Shown: positions 27,843 through 38,198, numbered from the stretch's first letter. The stretch: 64,000 bases of DNA from a virus (IMGVR_UViG_3300020049_008034:13549-77548); one strand, 5' to 3'. Translations and numbers: made by a program. The notes: generated from the letters alone by a model not told the origin.

Positions 27843-29020
27843 GATGTAAAATTAGATTGTGGGTTACTGAATTCAGCTTCACGAGTCATTACTCCGACTA
27901 ACGTTGGCAGTTCGTCGTGATTTTTAGTCTCTACCCTAGAGACATGGTTTATTAATGCGAACTTTTTTATGTTCTGAGCGGCCAATAAATCACGGTCATT
28001 GATTGATCCGCAAGAATTACATGTCCACTCTCGATCAGAAAGTTTAAGTTCTTTATTTACGACACCGCAATGACACATTTTAGATGATGGCTCAAACCGA
28101 CCAATACGAAGAATATTAACTCCGTACCATTCGGCTTTATAGGTCAAAAACTCATTAAATTTACCCCATGATACATCTTGTATCGCCTGGGCTAGTTTAT
28201 GGTTTTTCATCATCCCGCCTACATTCAAAGTTTCCAAAGCGATAGCTTGGTTCTCGTCTATCAGCTTTTTAGTTACTTTATGTAGAAAGTCATTGCGTTT
28301 GTTGGCTACTTTTTCATGTAGTAAAGCTAGTTTTCGTTTCGTTCGCTTGCCTTTATATTTTGAGTATTTGCGTTGGGTGTACTTTAGTTTAGATAATGCC
28401 TTTTTTAGGCATCTTGGGTTTTCGATCACCCGACCATCAGAAAGTGTAGCAAATGTTTTTATTCCTAGATCGACGCCAATTGTGTTTTCTTCAGTTGCAA
28501 CTGGTTTTACGGGAGTATTTTCGGTAGTTTCGAATAAAACTGAAATAAAATATTTCCCAGTTGGGGTTTTCGAAACTACACCCGATTTTACTTTTCCTTC
28601 AAATTTACGGTGGATTGCAGCCTTTATTCCTTCTCTAAATTTGGGAATCTCAATAAAATCATTCCCAACCCTAAGCAAAGAAGTAACGGTAAACGATTTT
28701 CTACTTGTCTTTTTGTTTTTAAACCTAGGGAAATTGGATTTGCCATTAAAGAAGTTAGTATATGCTGAGTCCATTTTGCTAACGGAAGCTTGTAGCGATT
28801 GCGAACTAACCTCTTTTAGCCATTCGCAGTGAGACTTTAAGTCTGGAAGTTGATTTATTAAATCAAATCTAGATAAGTTAACCCTAACTGATGACCACGC
28901 AGCCTGCTTTGTCTCCAAGGCTAAGTTATAAACAAATCTACACGCGCTAATATGCTTGTCAAGCAATTCAGTCTGAAGTTCAGTTGGGTAAATTCGATAT
29001 TTTATAGCCTTTATGACCAT
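27830..29020 (-). CDS. tnpB: TnpB RNA-guided endonuclease (IS200/IS605 OrfB)
   Basis: HTH KAIKYRIYP, RuvC GVDLGIK / ALETLN / DRDLLAAQNI, Zn ribbon CHC...CNSC; start at MVIK (29020). Confidence 0.95.
   Translation of the reverse strand: MVIKAIKYRIYPTELQTELLDKHISACRFVYNLALETKQAAWSSVRVNLSRFDLINQLPDLKSHCEWLKEVSSQSLQASVSKMDSAYTNFFNGKSNFPRFKNKKTSRKSFTVTSLLRVGNDFIEIPKFREGIKAAIHRKFEGKVKSGVVSKTPTGKYFISVLFETTENTPVKPVATEENTIGVDLGIKTFATLSDGRVIENPRCLKKALSKLKYTQRKYSKYKGKRTKRKLALLHEKVANKRNDFLHKVTKKLIDENQAIALETLNVGGMMKNHKLAQAIQDVSWGKFNEFLTYKAEWYGVNILRIGRFEPSSKMCHCGVVNKELKLSDREWTCNSCGSINDRDLLAAQNIKKFALINHVSRVETKNHDELPTLVGVMTREAEFSNPQSNFTSWTQ
27868..27960 (-). ncRNA. Putative omegaRNA scaffold overlapping tnpB 3' end
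   Basis: Hairpin GTCTCT/AGAGAC (27927-27943), CACGA/TCGTG pairing, ends GAAGCTGAATTCA; omegaRNAs overlapping the tnpB 3' end are established. Confidence 0.55.
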
Positions 29021-29024
29021 ACCA

Positions 29025-29056
29025 TAAAGATACAAAAAATAATTTAAATAAACAAA
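29025..29056 (-). promoter_or_regulatory. Promoter 4 nt upstream of tnpB ATG
   Basis: TTTG, 20-nt spacer, TATCTTTA, TGGT, ATG. Confidence 0.6.
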
Positions 29057-29082
29057 CCTTTTGTTTAAATATAGCATTCTAG

Positions 29083-29382
29083 TTATTTTTCTGATTTACG
29101 CAAGTATCCATCCAGTCTTGACATAATATCTTTCGACATGTCAACATAGGTCTCGATTTTAGCCATCGAGACTCGGATGGCATTCACGGCTTCGCGCGTG
29201 TTTTCGTTGTCTTTCTCCACTTCTTTGATCTTTTCATCAATTGAAATAAATCGCTTTTCCGTGGAAGTTTGATGTTCTTCCATCACAGTAAGTCTTTTAT
29301 TGATAGAGCTCACATAACCAGCGAGGACTATCAATGTTGGTATTGCGACAGCCGCAATACTAATTAGATTTTCTAACTGCAT
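29083..29382 (-). CDS. Small TM plus coiled-coil protein, holin-like candidate
   Basis: Single N-terminal TM then coiled coil. Confidence 0.45.
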   Translation of the reverse strand: MQLENLISIAAVAIPTLIVLAGYVSSINKRLTVMEEHQTSTEKRFISIDEKIKEVEKDNENTREAVNAIRVSMAKIETYVDMSKDIMSRLDGYLRKSEK

Positions 29383-32300
29383 TGACCGTAATAGATAGTA
29401 GCCTTGAGAAAATGTTTGTTTCTACAGTAATCAAAATTACTGTCCCCCATAACTTTCTTCCTCTCCGAAGTCTTTCACCAGATGGGAAGTTAGGGTCATT
29501 CTGATCTCTTAAAAAAGAGCCTTTCCATACTCCATTAAAAGCTCGAAGGTCGGGTATTTTTGATGTTTGTCCCGAAGCGTAGTTTCCGTTTATTGGAACT
29601 TCAACTAAGGGTACATCCCATCGTTTGTCGGCAACGATCTGGATCTCACTGGGACTAATTTCGACTCCTTGGGTATAGTGGCATTTTAACTTAGCTTTGG
29701 TTTGGAGTCCATAGTAGGTAGCCACAGTGCCGCTTTCGTGCAAGTAAAGACCGCCTTCGTAAAAAGAAACCATTCTTTGATCTAAAGAACACATGGCTTC
29801 TGGATAGAACGAATAAAAAGAAACCCATCCTTCGTCGTACCCTGCGGTAAAAGACGAGCCAGTTGTGCCTGAAATGTAATAAGTATTATATTCACGTTGA
29901 AACCCACCGATTATTGTTGCGTTACCCTGATCCCACGCATACTGACCGAACGCCTGAAAGAAATTCACTAGACCTTTAGTGATAATATCTTGCCCCGCTC
30001 CAGCTACATACCGCCAAACCGTCCCTCGGTAGACGTCAAAAGCGTAACATGCACCTTCGTTTACCACAACTGACTCGGGGTTCTGAGTACCCAGATCGTA
30101 ACGAAGTTCGTCAGCAATTGAAAATAGATTAGACGACCTTGACAAAAGTGTTTGCCCGGATGCGTCAATCACTCTCCCTCGCGAGACATAAATAGGTTGT
30201 GTTTTGAACTCACCTATCGCCAATAGGACTCCATCAACAAAAGCTAACTTTCCTATCGTTCCGTTTTCGATTGAGCATCTTACATAGTCTGTACCTCTGA
30301 AAGACGATAGTCCGTTTAGCTCGGTATACAGCCCTGTAGCGCGAATTTTGTTCTTTTCGAATCTTTGTTGCTCATCCGGGTTTCTCACCACTACTCTACC
30401 GAAGTCCGTAAAGACGTCAGTGGAGTTCTTGTGTAGAGTATTCCTTTCGATTTGCGGGGTGATAAAGTACGGCCCTCCGCCGTTGAATGTGTTGTCGAAT
30501 CTTTGAGAAACCAAAATAGCATCCCCGTAATTCTCAAGTGAAACACTCGGGGCGGTACGAAACTCTGTTCCGGGTTGGTCGATCAAAACCGTTGGACCTA
30601 TCTCATAATAAACCTCCGGAGAGGTTGAGTTAGATGGCGTGTAGACCTCGCATAAAATATAATCCGTCGTCCCTCCTAGCGTAGAGAAGTCAGGGAAATC
30701 GGCATTGAATTCTACGAAAACAGAGAACTTGTCTATTGTCGACGTCCCTGTTACCGTAGTTAAGTTATACCCCTCAATGTCGAAATTGTAATCAGAAATA
30801 TTCGCTGTCCCGGGGTCAGACCCACTCAGTGTTACCCAACTTAAAAATTGAATGCGATCTCCTTTTCTGGGGATAAATACGTTCCCCGGCGCTTGAGCAT
30901 CGAAGAATTGATTTCTCAAAGATCCTGCAATTTCTTCAGTAGGATTGAAAGCCAATCCTACGTGTGTGGCGTCACCCGCTGCATAGGTCGTGGAGGTTGC
31001 AGTATCATCAGCTCGGTCTATCTTCCAGTACGTTAATTCAAATGCGGGTGCTTGAAAGTAAACAGCTTGGTTTTGATTCTTACTCATCCCAATCCGATAC
31101 TTGGTGGCCCAAATAGGGGGAGCTGAGGTGAATGAAAATTCAGGGTTGTAGCTTTGCCCTAATCTGTTAAACTGAGGGGAGTACTTTCCGATATAAGCAG
31201 GAGCTTGACGACCATAATCGTCCTCCCAAATAACCACACACTCATACAGCCCTCCCGCCTTGAATGTTTTAAAACGAGTATCTTGCGGGACAACCGGGGA
31301 GTATGGTATATAAGTTGTCGAAGTTATAGTTGCATCTACTTCTTCCACGTCCTTCCCTTCTACACATCCGGACCAGACCATGATTGGATTTCCGTTCTCA
31401 TCATAGACGGTCTCGCAAGACATGGCGATTTCAGGGCAGAAGTCGTAGTTTTTCAACGCCTGCGTGTCAGCATCGGATGCTTCATCAGATGCGATGGCAG
31501 GATAAGACCGGTCGTTATAAAAGTATATCTGATCTATTTTGTCAACATCATACCGGTCTACATATCTCCAGATTCCATTCTCAGAAGTCCTCATTCCGAC
31601 TTCAATAGCCCGGATGAAGTGACGATCTGTATTTAATTTAGGGTCTATTAGATTAATTCTAATCCTGTCATATAGTCTCGTGTTAGAGCTGTCTGCCGCA
31701 AAATTTGTCGGATTAAAAGACGCCGGCCCCCATGCACTCTTTTCTCCGTCGTCAAATACATATCGGTAGCGGAACTGGAAAGAGAACCCAAAACATTTAT
31801 TATTATCCTGTCCACTCTGTTCGTAATAAGGATACGGCTCAAATGGGGTTGGTTTTATGAGGTTTAGGTTTACATTTAAAGGGTAGTGGTTAAGGGGGTA
31901 GAAGAATGTATTGCTATTTACAATATCAATAATTCGAGTATTTGCATCTTCTATTCGAATATTCGTGTAGGTTGGAGACGTAACTACTCCGGTAATACCG
32001 TATCCGCTTAATGCAGAAATTAAATCAGCAACAACAGTCGCTCTTGCGGTGGCTGGTGCGGCTACGTAAAGCGGATTAGCGGACTGTAGTGTTCCATCCG
32101 GGGTTCGAATGACTAAGGTAAAAAGCCCACCTGCTACGTAAGCTGCTTCAGGCAGATCTAATTGATAGGTAAGGGTTTTGTTTCGAGATGCCTTTGTGAT
32201 ATTAAATTTCCTTGGCGGATTCCCTTCTCCGTCTTTCCCGTCCGTAAAATAACACAAATTGTTTACAAACTTACAGGAATGGATACGTTGATCAAACAGT

Positions 32301-32587
32301 CCTGTTCCAAAAATTAGAGTTTCAATTACCCCATCTTTGTAGCGACAAATCCTATCTTCATCCCCCTTTATGAAATAAATTACTGAGTTTTCTTGCCTGT
32401 TTTCAAACGCGCCGATACACTCCGCATTGGCCGGAAGATCATATTCGACAAGCGTATTCCCTTCAGCCACGGTGATCACCCCACGCTCTGCTCCCACTCC
32501 GTTGCGGATATTCATCGCGTCTAGGTAATCACCCTCTTTGACTAAGTGAACGTTGGTGTCTTGATCGAGTCTTCCAGTGAAAATCAT
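29360..32587 (-). CDS. Tail muzzle/stabilization protein (crAss-like, P22 gp10-like)
   Basis: N-terminal G.LDQD....VKEGDYLDAMNIR...GNTLV motif; 1075 aa beta-rich. Confidence 0.75.
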   Translation of the reverse strand: MIFTGRLDQDTNVHLVKEGDYLDAMNIRNGVGAERGVITVAEGNTLVEYDLPANAECIGAFENRQENSVIYFIKGDEDRICRYKDGVIETLIFGTGLFDQRIHSCKFVNNLCYFTDGKDGEGNPPRKFNITKASRNKTLTYQLDLPEAAYVAGGLFTLVIRTPDGTLQSANPLYVAAPATARATVVADLISALSGYGITGVVTSPTYTNIRIEDANTRIIDIVNSNTFFYPLNHYPLNVNLNLIKPTPFEPYPYYEQSGQDNNKCFGFSFQFRYRYVFDDGEKSAWGPASFNPTNFAADSSNTRLYDRIRINLIDPKLNTDRHFIRAIEVGMRTSENGIWRYVDRYDVDKIDQIYFYNDRSYPAIASDEASDADTQALKNYDFCPEIAMSCETVYDENGNPIMVWSGCVEGKDVEEVDATITSTTYIPYSPVVPQDTRFKTFKAGGLYECVVIWEDDYGRQAPAYIGKYSPQFNRLGQSYNPEFSFTSAPPIWATKYRIGMSKNQNQAVYFQAPAFELTYWKIDRADDTATSTTYAAGDATHVGLAFNPTEEIAGSLRNQFFDAQAPGNVFIPRKGDRIQFLSWVTLSGSDPGTANISDYNFDIEGYNLTTVTGTSTIDKFSVFVEFNADFPDFSTLGGTTDYILCEVYTPSNSTSPEVYYEIGPTVLIDQPGTEFRTAPSVSLENYGDAILVSQRFDNTFNGGGPYFITPQIERNTLHKNSTDVFTDFGRVVVRNPDEQQRFEKNKIRATGLYTELNGLSSFRGTDYVRCSIENGTIGKLAFVDGVLLAIGEFKTQPIYVSRGRVIDASGQTLLSRSSNLFSIADELRYDLGTQNPESVVVNEGACYAFDVYRGTVWRYVAGAGQDIITKGLVNFFQAFGQYAWDQGNATIIGGFQREYNTYYISGTTGSSFTAGYDEGWVSFYSFYPEAMCSLDQRMVSFYEGGLYLHESGTVATYYGLQTKAKLKCHYTQGVEISPSEIQIVADKRWDVPLVEVPINGNYASGQTSKIPDLRAFNGVWKGSFLRDQNDPNFPSGERLRRGRKLWGTVILITVETNIFSRLLSITVNAVRKSN

Positions 32588-33324
32588 CGTGGGCGGCTTG
32601 AGTATGCTGAGGTAATAGCGTCTACGTAATCTTCGTATGGGAGCTTTTGGACGTCACGCTTGAAGCGACGATAGTTATCCGCAAATCTACGCTCAAACAT
32701 TTGACTCTTACTGGGGTCGGCATTCTCCCAAAAATACATTAAAGCCCGAGCTTCAACTACAGGAGCAATGTTCATGGTAAAATGTTCGTATCCTTGATCC
32801 GTTGACTTGTACTTAACAGCCACGTAATCCCCGGCTGCTACACAGTAACCAGATAGCAGATAGAGTTTATTAAGAGCTTCGTCGTAATCATACAAACCGA
32901 AAAATCGACTTTGCTCAGCCCCGTAAATCTCCCCGTAGTAATAAGGATAGTAAGAGTACTCAATACCATAATGATATACAGTGTTAGAAACCACCGTATC
33001 GGTATACTGAGCGCAGTTTAACGGCTTTTTAATATCTACCAACATGGAGTTCTTTTCCCTGCCTAACGGATAGCAGTACGGTTCTCCGTTGATAAAAAAT
33101 GTCTTGGCGGCGGAGAACACCGATAAACAATCCCCAGGTAGTTGAATTGTAAGCAAATCAGAAACAGTGCCGACATAAACTCCTGTTTTGTGGTTTCCGC
33201 CAAATTGAAACAGCTCGTCCGCTGCCCGGGTGATACACCGGGACAGCGGAACGTAAGCGTCGGGATTAGACATCGTTGCCATTAAATCCCGAATCATTTC
33301 GTCAAAAGTCTTTACTCGTCTCAA
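32584..33324 (-). CDS. Tail ring/tubular protein
   Basis: Position and helical-beta-helical pattern of crAss-like ring proteins. Confidence 0.55.
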   Translation of the reverse strand: MRRVKTFDEMIRDLMATMSNPDAYVPLSRCITRAADELFQFGGNHKTGVYVGTVSDLLTIQLPGDCLSVFSAAKTFFINGEPYCYPLGREKNSMLVDIKKPLNCAQYTDTVVSNTVYHYGIEYSYYPYYYGEIYGAEQSRFFGLYDYDEALNKLYLLSGYCVAAGDYVAVKYKSTDQGYEHFTMNIAPVVEARALMYFWENADPSKSQMFERRFADNYRRFKRDVQKLPYEDYVDAITSAYSSRPR

Positions 33325-33974
33325 CTGACAGCTTTTAGGGTAACTGATCCCAAGGTTGCTCCTGATCCAGCCGTGGTGACTTTGGCCCGGAGGAATGGGA
33401 ATTGTGTGTCATTCACTTTGATCGTAACAGTGCTAGAGGCGACAGAAGTCAGCGCAGCAGTAAGTGCTACCCAATTTGAGTTGTCTTCCGATCCCTCAAT
33501 CATGAACTGTGGAGCCGTAGTAGTGATCGCACCCATGGTAACGCTCAGTACGGCACTTCTTGCATCAAAGCCCGGAAGAGTTGAAGTTACAGAGTTCAGG
33601 GTATTTACAGTAAGTGCGCGGTCTGTGATTTGAGTCACGAGAACTTCTGCGTCGGAAACAACGTCACGAGTGACGGAGCGAGTAAAGGTTGGAGTGTCGG
33701 TTCCACCTACGGTTTGTACGTATCGAATCAAACTACCCCGAAGCGGAATGGTATGAGATCGGTACGTGCCTGCGGCGGTAATACGGGGGAACGAATAAAT
33801 TCGTGTCCATGTAACACCCTTGTCATCAGACGATTCGACGTGTACGTCAAGGGTTTCGTTTGTTCCAGACGCCGCTGTTACCTGAACAGCCACTTGAAAG
33901 GCTGGGCGAAGCGGGGCCGCAAATGCACGGCTGGTCTGGGTCGCGGTCAAGTCCGCTGCATGAATGTCTACCAT
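33321..33974 (-). CDS. Beta-rich virion protein with two jelly-roll-like repeats
   Basis: Thr/Val-rich; ESSDD.G.TW and EGSED...W repeats. Confidence 0.5.
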   Translation of the reverse strand: MVDIHAADLTATQTSRAFAAPLRPAFQVAVQVTAASGTNETLDVHVESSDDKGVTWTRIYSFPRITAAGTYRSHTIPLRGSLIRYVQTVGGTDTPTFTRSVTRDVVSDAEVLVTQITDRALTVNTLNSVTSTLPGFDARSAVLSVTMGAITTTAPQFMIEGSEDNSNWVALTAALTSVASSTVTIKVNDTQFPFLRAKVTTAGSGATLGSVTLKAVS

Positions 33975-33998
33975 TTTGATATAGTTTTATTCGTTAGA

Positions 33999-34607
33999 TC
34001 ACCCTTGTTGTTCTTTAACGTCGTGATCGTTAGTTCGGTAATCCGTTGGGTTCCCACGTTGTTTTTCAAAGTGAGTACACAATAAATCTATGACCTTTGC
34101 TTCTCCTCCATCCGGGAATGGTATGTCATCGTCGTCTTCGAATCCGCTTGGATCGAGTTGATATGTGACTCGGAGTTCGCAATTTAATTCTTGATTAAAA
34201 ATATACACCCTCCGCCCTTCAGTCCAAAAGATTGGGAACTTCAAAGGGGAGGACTGTACGTCGGAAGCAGATCGAACTTTCACGTACTCTGGCCCAGATT
34301 TACTTGCTACCCGAGCTACCCAATTGCCAGTGTCATTTGCTGCTACGGGCTCCATATAATAATATGGATCGCCCTGAGTTGGCGTTATGAGCGTGCTGGT
34401 AAAAGTAGCAAGGTTTTGGATCACCCCCGGGCCTTGGATTCTGAATTCCTTTATGTTCTGTTGCCTTGTTGGGTCTTGTGAAATCACAAAACTAAACACG
34501 GCAGGGAACATAGCATCTATATCCTCACGCCTGACAACAATATCAGTCGAGAGCTTACCGCCAGAAACCCTTAGCAGTACAAGTTCGATCAGTTGAGCCT
34601 TGGTCAC
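33999..34607 (-). CDS. Tail ring/adaptor protein
   Basis: Position in tail block; DIPFPDG...IDL motif typical of ring proteins. Confidence 0.5.
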   Translation of the reverse strand: MTKAQLIELVLLRVSGGKLSTDIVVRREDIDAMFPAVFSFVISQDPTRQQNIKEFRIQGPGVIQNLATFTSTLITPTQGDPYYYMEPVAANDTGNWVARVASKSGPEYVKVRSASDVQSSPLKFPIFWTEGRRVYIFNQELNCELRVTYQLDPSGFEDDDDIPFPDGGEAKVIDLLCTHFEKQRGNPTDYRTNDHDVKEQQG

Positions 34608-34930
34608 TTATCTTCGTACTTATTAACCTCAGTCTTGAATACGCCACCACCTTTAGCCCGGTTAGGCAGCCAGTCATCCAGTTTTTGAATGAATCGAGTA
34701 AGGGGAGCGAGGTTCTTTTCAGATACGAAAATCCGAAGGAATACTTCGAGAGCTCCAAGCATACCGATAAACAAACCAAGAACTTCGTCCCAGTTGTTTA
34801 CACCCCATGCAATAATTGCTACAAGGAATTTAGCCAAGTCCTTCTCCCATTGCGGAATAGGCTGAGGACCTTGAGCAAGCAAGAAGCTGGCAGATAGAAT
34901 AAAAATAGAAAAAAGAAGGATTTTTTTCAT
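34604..34930 (-). CDS. Signal-peptide plus 2-TM membrane protein (holin candidate)
   Basis: MKKILLFSIFILSASFLLA followed by Q, then two hydrophobic helices. Confidence 0.5.
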   Translation of the reverse strand: MKKILLFSIFILSASFLLAQGPQPIPQWEKDLAKFLVAIIAWGVNNWDEVLGLFIGMLGALEVFLRIFVSEKNLAPLTRFIQKLDDWLPNRAKGGGVFKTEVNKYEDK

Positions 34931-35643
34931 TGTTGTCGAGTTAGGTAGTCTCTATTTTTAGAGGGGATAAAAGCATTTTTAGTTTGTACCCAATTTATCA
35001 GATCAGGCATTGATGTCGTTACTGCTGCGTAGTAAAGTGTCAGGTCTAAAACAATTGATTTGTCGGTGGCGTTCCATTCCAAATCCACTGTTCCGGTTGG
35101 GTTGTACGCCTCATCATCTCCGCTATAGGTTACTTTGCGCTCTGCGTCAACCGGGTTTCGGAAGTACTTTAGGAGGATTTGAATATTCTTCACTGGGTAG
35201 AGAGTGAAGTTAGTGTCAAATACATACCCGAATGTTTTTGTCGTTGGTTTTCGGATGACAGATGTCATCGTTAATCCGAGATTTTCAATTGGGTATACTG
35301 GCCGGTATTCTGTTACACCCGTAGGGAGAACAAAAGGGACTGCGACTTCTCGGAGTGCTGCGAAATTTGCTGGTTTTGTGTATACTCCTGAAGATTTAGT
35401 AATCAGGGTTTCTTCTTTAAACGGGTCGAGCGAGGTGTCGGTATAACGGTCTACATTTGAGTCCTCAAGCAAGAAGGAGAACAAATGCGCCTGAGCTTGA
35501 TTTACAGCCCGGTTGAACTCATCATTGCTTAAGTACCCGCCTTGATAGGTGCGGGTGATGTCTTGAACCTCATTGTAAAGCACATTTACTCCGATCACAT
35601 CAGTGGTATTTGCATGTAAAATGAAGGTGTAAGTGCAGCCCAA
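34927..35643 (-). CDS. Tail ring protein (crAss-like); true start probably near 35571
   Basis: GGYLSNDEFNRAVNQAQ and YFRNP motifs typical of ring proteins. Confidence 0.65.
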   Translation of the reverse strand: MGCTYTFILHANTTDVIGVNVLYNEVQDITRTYQGGYLSNDEFNRAVNQAQAHLFSFLLEDSNVDRYTDTSLDPFKEETLITKSSGVYTKPANFAALREVAVPFVLPTGVTEYRPVYPIENLGLTMTSVIRKPTTKTFGYVFDTNFTLYPVKNIQILLKYFRNPVDAERKVTYSGDDEAYNPTGTVDLEWNATDKSIVLDLTLYYAAVTTSMPDLINWVQTKNAFIPSKNRDYLTRQQ

Positions 35644-37295
35644 GATGGGTATGCAACCGGGTCTGAGTTATACAGAGCCAGTCCGCCTTGTGTTTCGGCG
35701 TATCCAATTTGCTCAAATTCATCGCTTCCAGTGGTTGCGAATATCGGGGCTTTTACGCCGCTTGTAAGCGTCACTCCAAGGTCATCAAGGAACGTATCCA
35801 CAGTAATGAGATCAATCGCTCCTCCTCCAGTCACAACCGCATTGCAGGTGAAAGATCCCTTAATGTAGAAGAAGTTTGAGTCCTTCGACCAAGACAAGTT
35901 AATGTTAGGATTGCCCGAAATCTGAGCATTCGTAAACGGTGTGAATGTTCTTTCAAACGAATAGGCCAAGGTTGTAAGAACGCCTTCCCATGGAATCTTA
36001 CCGGATATAATCCGACTTGGGTTTCCGGCGAGTGCTACATCCGCGTACATCACCCAAGTTGTTGACTGCTTACAGAATGATCCTACTGTTCGGTACGAGT
36101 CTGAATATACAGGGATAGGTGCTTCTAAGACGACGTTTCCGGGGTCAAAAGTACTGAGTAAAACAATAAACGGTGACACTGGATCAGATGCAGCAACTCT
36201 AACAAATTTGCCTGCGAACTGAAGTCCGTCTCGTGTTACTCGATACCGTAAAGGATCATCGGTGTCTGATTCAAAATCTGGGTCAAAATCGGCGGCTGGT
36301 ACGTTGGTCCAGTTTCCAACCGGATTTAGGGTGTTCAGGAAATCTTCCTCTGATCCACTGTTGCCTTCTCCTAACCAAATCTCATAGGCACTCTGTCCTG
36401 AGAGATAAACTGTATTATTAACTGGGATGGTAGTTGAAACTGTACAATTACAAGTCCCAACCAGTCCTTCAATTTTTTCACGATAGTAGTTAACTTTATC
36501 TGCATCCCGACAGGCGTCAGCATTATTGTACATCCCCAAGTAAAGTTGGAGCTGTTGGTAAAGCTCCTTTGTGCCTGTAGGGAGAGAAGAAAACCCGCCT
36601 GAAATACAGGCTTGGTTGTCGATCTCCAACAGTTTAGTGTGAACGCAGTCCAAAAGACCACAACTGTCATACTTGACAGTAACCTCAACGTCATCTGCTG
36701 TGTATTCATAGACGCCGCCGAAATCCCAATCACCCGTTATGGTGGAAGTTTCGAGCTCAGCGGATGGCCTAACTCGGTAGGTAACGTTGTTGTAAGCAAC
36801 GCCAGTCGACCGGATCATAGTAATCGATCCGGTCGCGGCGGTGATTGATGTGTCTGCTACATTTGTCTCTCCCGTTATACGGGGAGACACGACAACAAAA
36901 TCGCGTGTAACAGTACCCGTGGGGTAATCGGTTGTGTCTTCCACTACCAGCCTCTTAATAAAGGGGTCGGCGTAGGCTTCAATCAACAAGTCTCCAGAGA
37001 GATCTTGGAAGTTGAAGGTTTTAGTTTCACTGAATTCGACTCCGGAATCATCCGGGTCGTTGGCGGTAATGACAAAAGAGTAGGTTCCATACAGATAGGC
37101 GTCGTCAGAATCTGTTGGGATTGGGACAGAGAATGTAGCCGTTGCTCCAGTGATGTTCGAGATCCCGGAGATAGCTCCTGCTGGGCCAGTGATTGCCAAG
37201 GTATTGACCGTGGACGCGCCCAATTCGTTCTCAACCGAAACGATAATATTATCCTGACTTGTTCCTGTTGTATGGAACCTAACTTCAATTAGCAT
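35595..37295 (-). CDS. Virion structural protein (tail hub/fibre-attachment candidate)
   Basis: Position; contains SGQSAYEIWLGEGNSGSEEDFLNTL motif common in tail proteins. Confidence 0.55.
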   Translation of the reverse strand: MLIEVRFHTTGTSQDNIIVSVENELGASTVNTLAITGPAGAISGISNITGATATFSVPIPTDSDDAYLYGTYSFVITANDPDDSGVEFSETKTFNFQDLSGDLLIEAYADPFIKRLVVEDTTDYPTGTVTRDFVVVSPRITGETNVADTSITAATGSITMIRSTGVAYNNVTYRVRPSAELETSTITGDWDFGGVYEYTADDVEVTVKYDSCGLLDCVHTKLLEIDNQACISGGFSSLPTGTKELYQQLQLYLGMYNNADACRDADKVNYYREKIEGLVGTCNCTVSTTIPVNNTVYLSGQSAYEIWLGEGNSGSEEDFLNTLNPVGNWTNVPAADFDPDFESDTDDPLRYRVTRDGLQFAGKFVRVAASDPVSPFIVLLSTFDPGNVVLEAPIPVYSDSYRTVGSFCKQSTTWVMYADVALAGNPSRIISGKIPWEGVLTTLAYSFERTFTPFTNAQISGNPNINLSWSKDSNFFYIKGSFTCNAVVTGGGAIDLITVDTFLDDLGVTLTSGVKAPIFATTGSDEFEQIGYAETQGGLALYNSDPVAYPSWAALTPSFYMQIPLM

Positions 37296-38149
37296 TTAGA
37301 TAGAATTTCAGTGTAAATGTCAGAGTTCTTTTTAAGGAACTCAATAAGTGTTTTTTCTCGATCATTAGCCGGAGCTACTTCAAGTAATTCTTTTTTGCCG
37401 TACATCCAGCGACCAAGGCCGCCTGAGTCGGAATAAGAGATTACTTTTTTCTCCTCAGCCAAACGGACAGTTCCCCTAACTTGAGTCAATGGATCGTTCC
37501 ATGCGTTTGTGAAGGATTCAACATTGGTTCGATCCAAGAGTTTTGTAAGCTCTAGTGTCGCTTGCCCATGCCCCATTGGAATGTTGGAAATCTGCTCTGT
37601 ACCTACCTGAATACCTTTTGCCATCAAGACGTTGTTGGCATTAGAATAGATTAGAGTCAGGATGTCATTCCTAGATTGATCCTTTTGGTTTTGAGCCAAG
37701 GCTTTAGCCTCGAAGTCAACCATGCGCCAGCTTGGGCGTTTTTTTGAGTCACGGAAAGGGCTTTGTTCGCAGTCAGGATGAATCATGTACAAAAGTGCCA
37801 ATTCCTTTCCTTTGCCGGTGGAGGCATCTACCCGAACCGTCATCTGGTTACGGAAAACCGTAAGCCTTTGCCCGATGTAGTTATACTCTCCTTTTTTCCC
37901 ATTTCGCTTATCGAAATAATTGATGGTTACTGGGTTGTCGCCAACATAACCGGAAACCGAAAAACGTCGAGAAATAAGGAATACTTTACGGGCTTGATCA
38001 TCACGGCCTTTGCCTTTTTTCTTTTCCGCAAGCTCAAAGCTCACCACCCCTTTGGGTAGCGTGATTCCTAATAATTTTGCAAGATCGTCAACTTTTATGA
38101 CCTCTTGCTCTACAAGCGACTTGTTGCGCTCTCCTGAATAATCTAGCAT
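37289..38149 (-). CDS. Conserved-position protein downstream of MCP
   Basis: Long ORF between MCP and tail genes. Confidence 0.55.
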   Translation of the reverse strand: MLDYSGERNKSLVEQEVIKVDDLAKLLGITLPKGVVSFELAEKKKGKGRDDQARKVFLISRRFSVSGYVGDNPVTINYFDKRNGKKGEYNYIGQRLTVFRNQMTVRVDASTGKGKELALLYMIHPDCEQSPFRDSKKRPSWRMVDFEAKALAQNQKDQSRNDILTLIYSNANNVLMAKGIQVGTEQISNIPMGHGQATLELTKLLDRTNVESFTNAWNDPLTQVRGTVRLAEEKKVISYSDSGGLGRWMYGKKELLEVAPANDREKTLIEFLKKNSDIYTEILSKC

Positions 38150-38164
38150 AGATTTTGTTTTTAA

Positions 38165-38193
38165 AGGGGTGAGGATTGGGAGTCCTCACCCCT
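38165..38193 (-). terminator. Hairpin immediately downstream of MCP stop (terminator or mRNA stabiliser)
   Basis: AGGGGTGAGGA / TCCTCACCCCT 11-bp stem with 7-nt loop; only a short U-tail on - strand. Confidence 0.6.
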
Positions 38194-38198
38194 CTCAG

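Larger units (their letters stand above)
27847..29056 (-). mobile_element. Solo tnpB cassette (IS1341-like), no TnpA in window; boundaries approximate
   Basis: tnpB plus 3' hairpins and a 5' promoter; no Y1 or serine transposase ORF nearby. Confidence 0.6.

Noticed and set aside
29021-29077. ORF-track N-terminal extension of TnpB (MLYLNK...)
   Set aside because: The extension is the AT-rich promoter; the family-typical start is MVIKAIKYRIYP at 29020.
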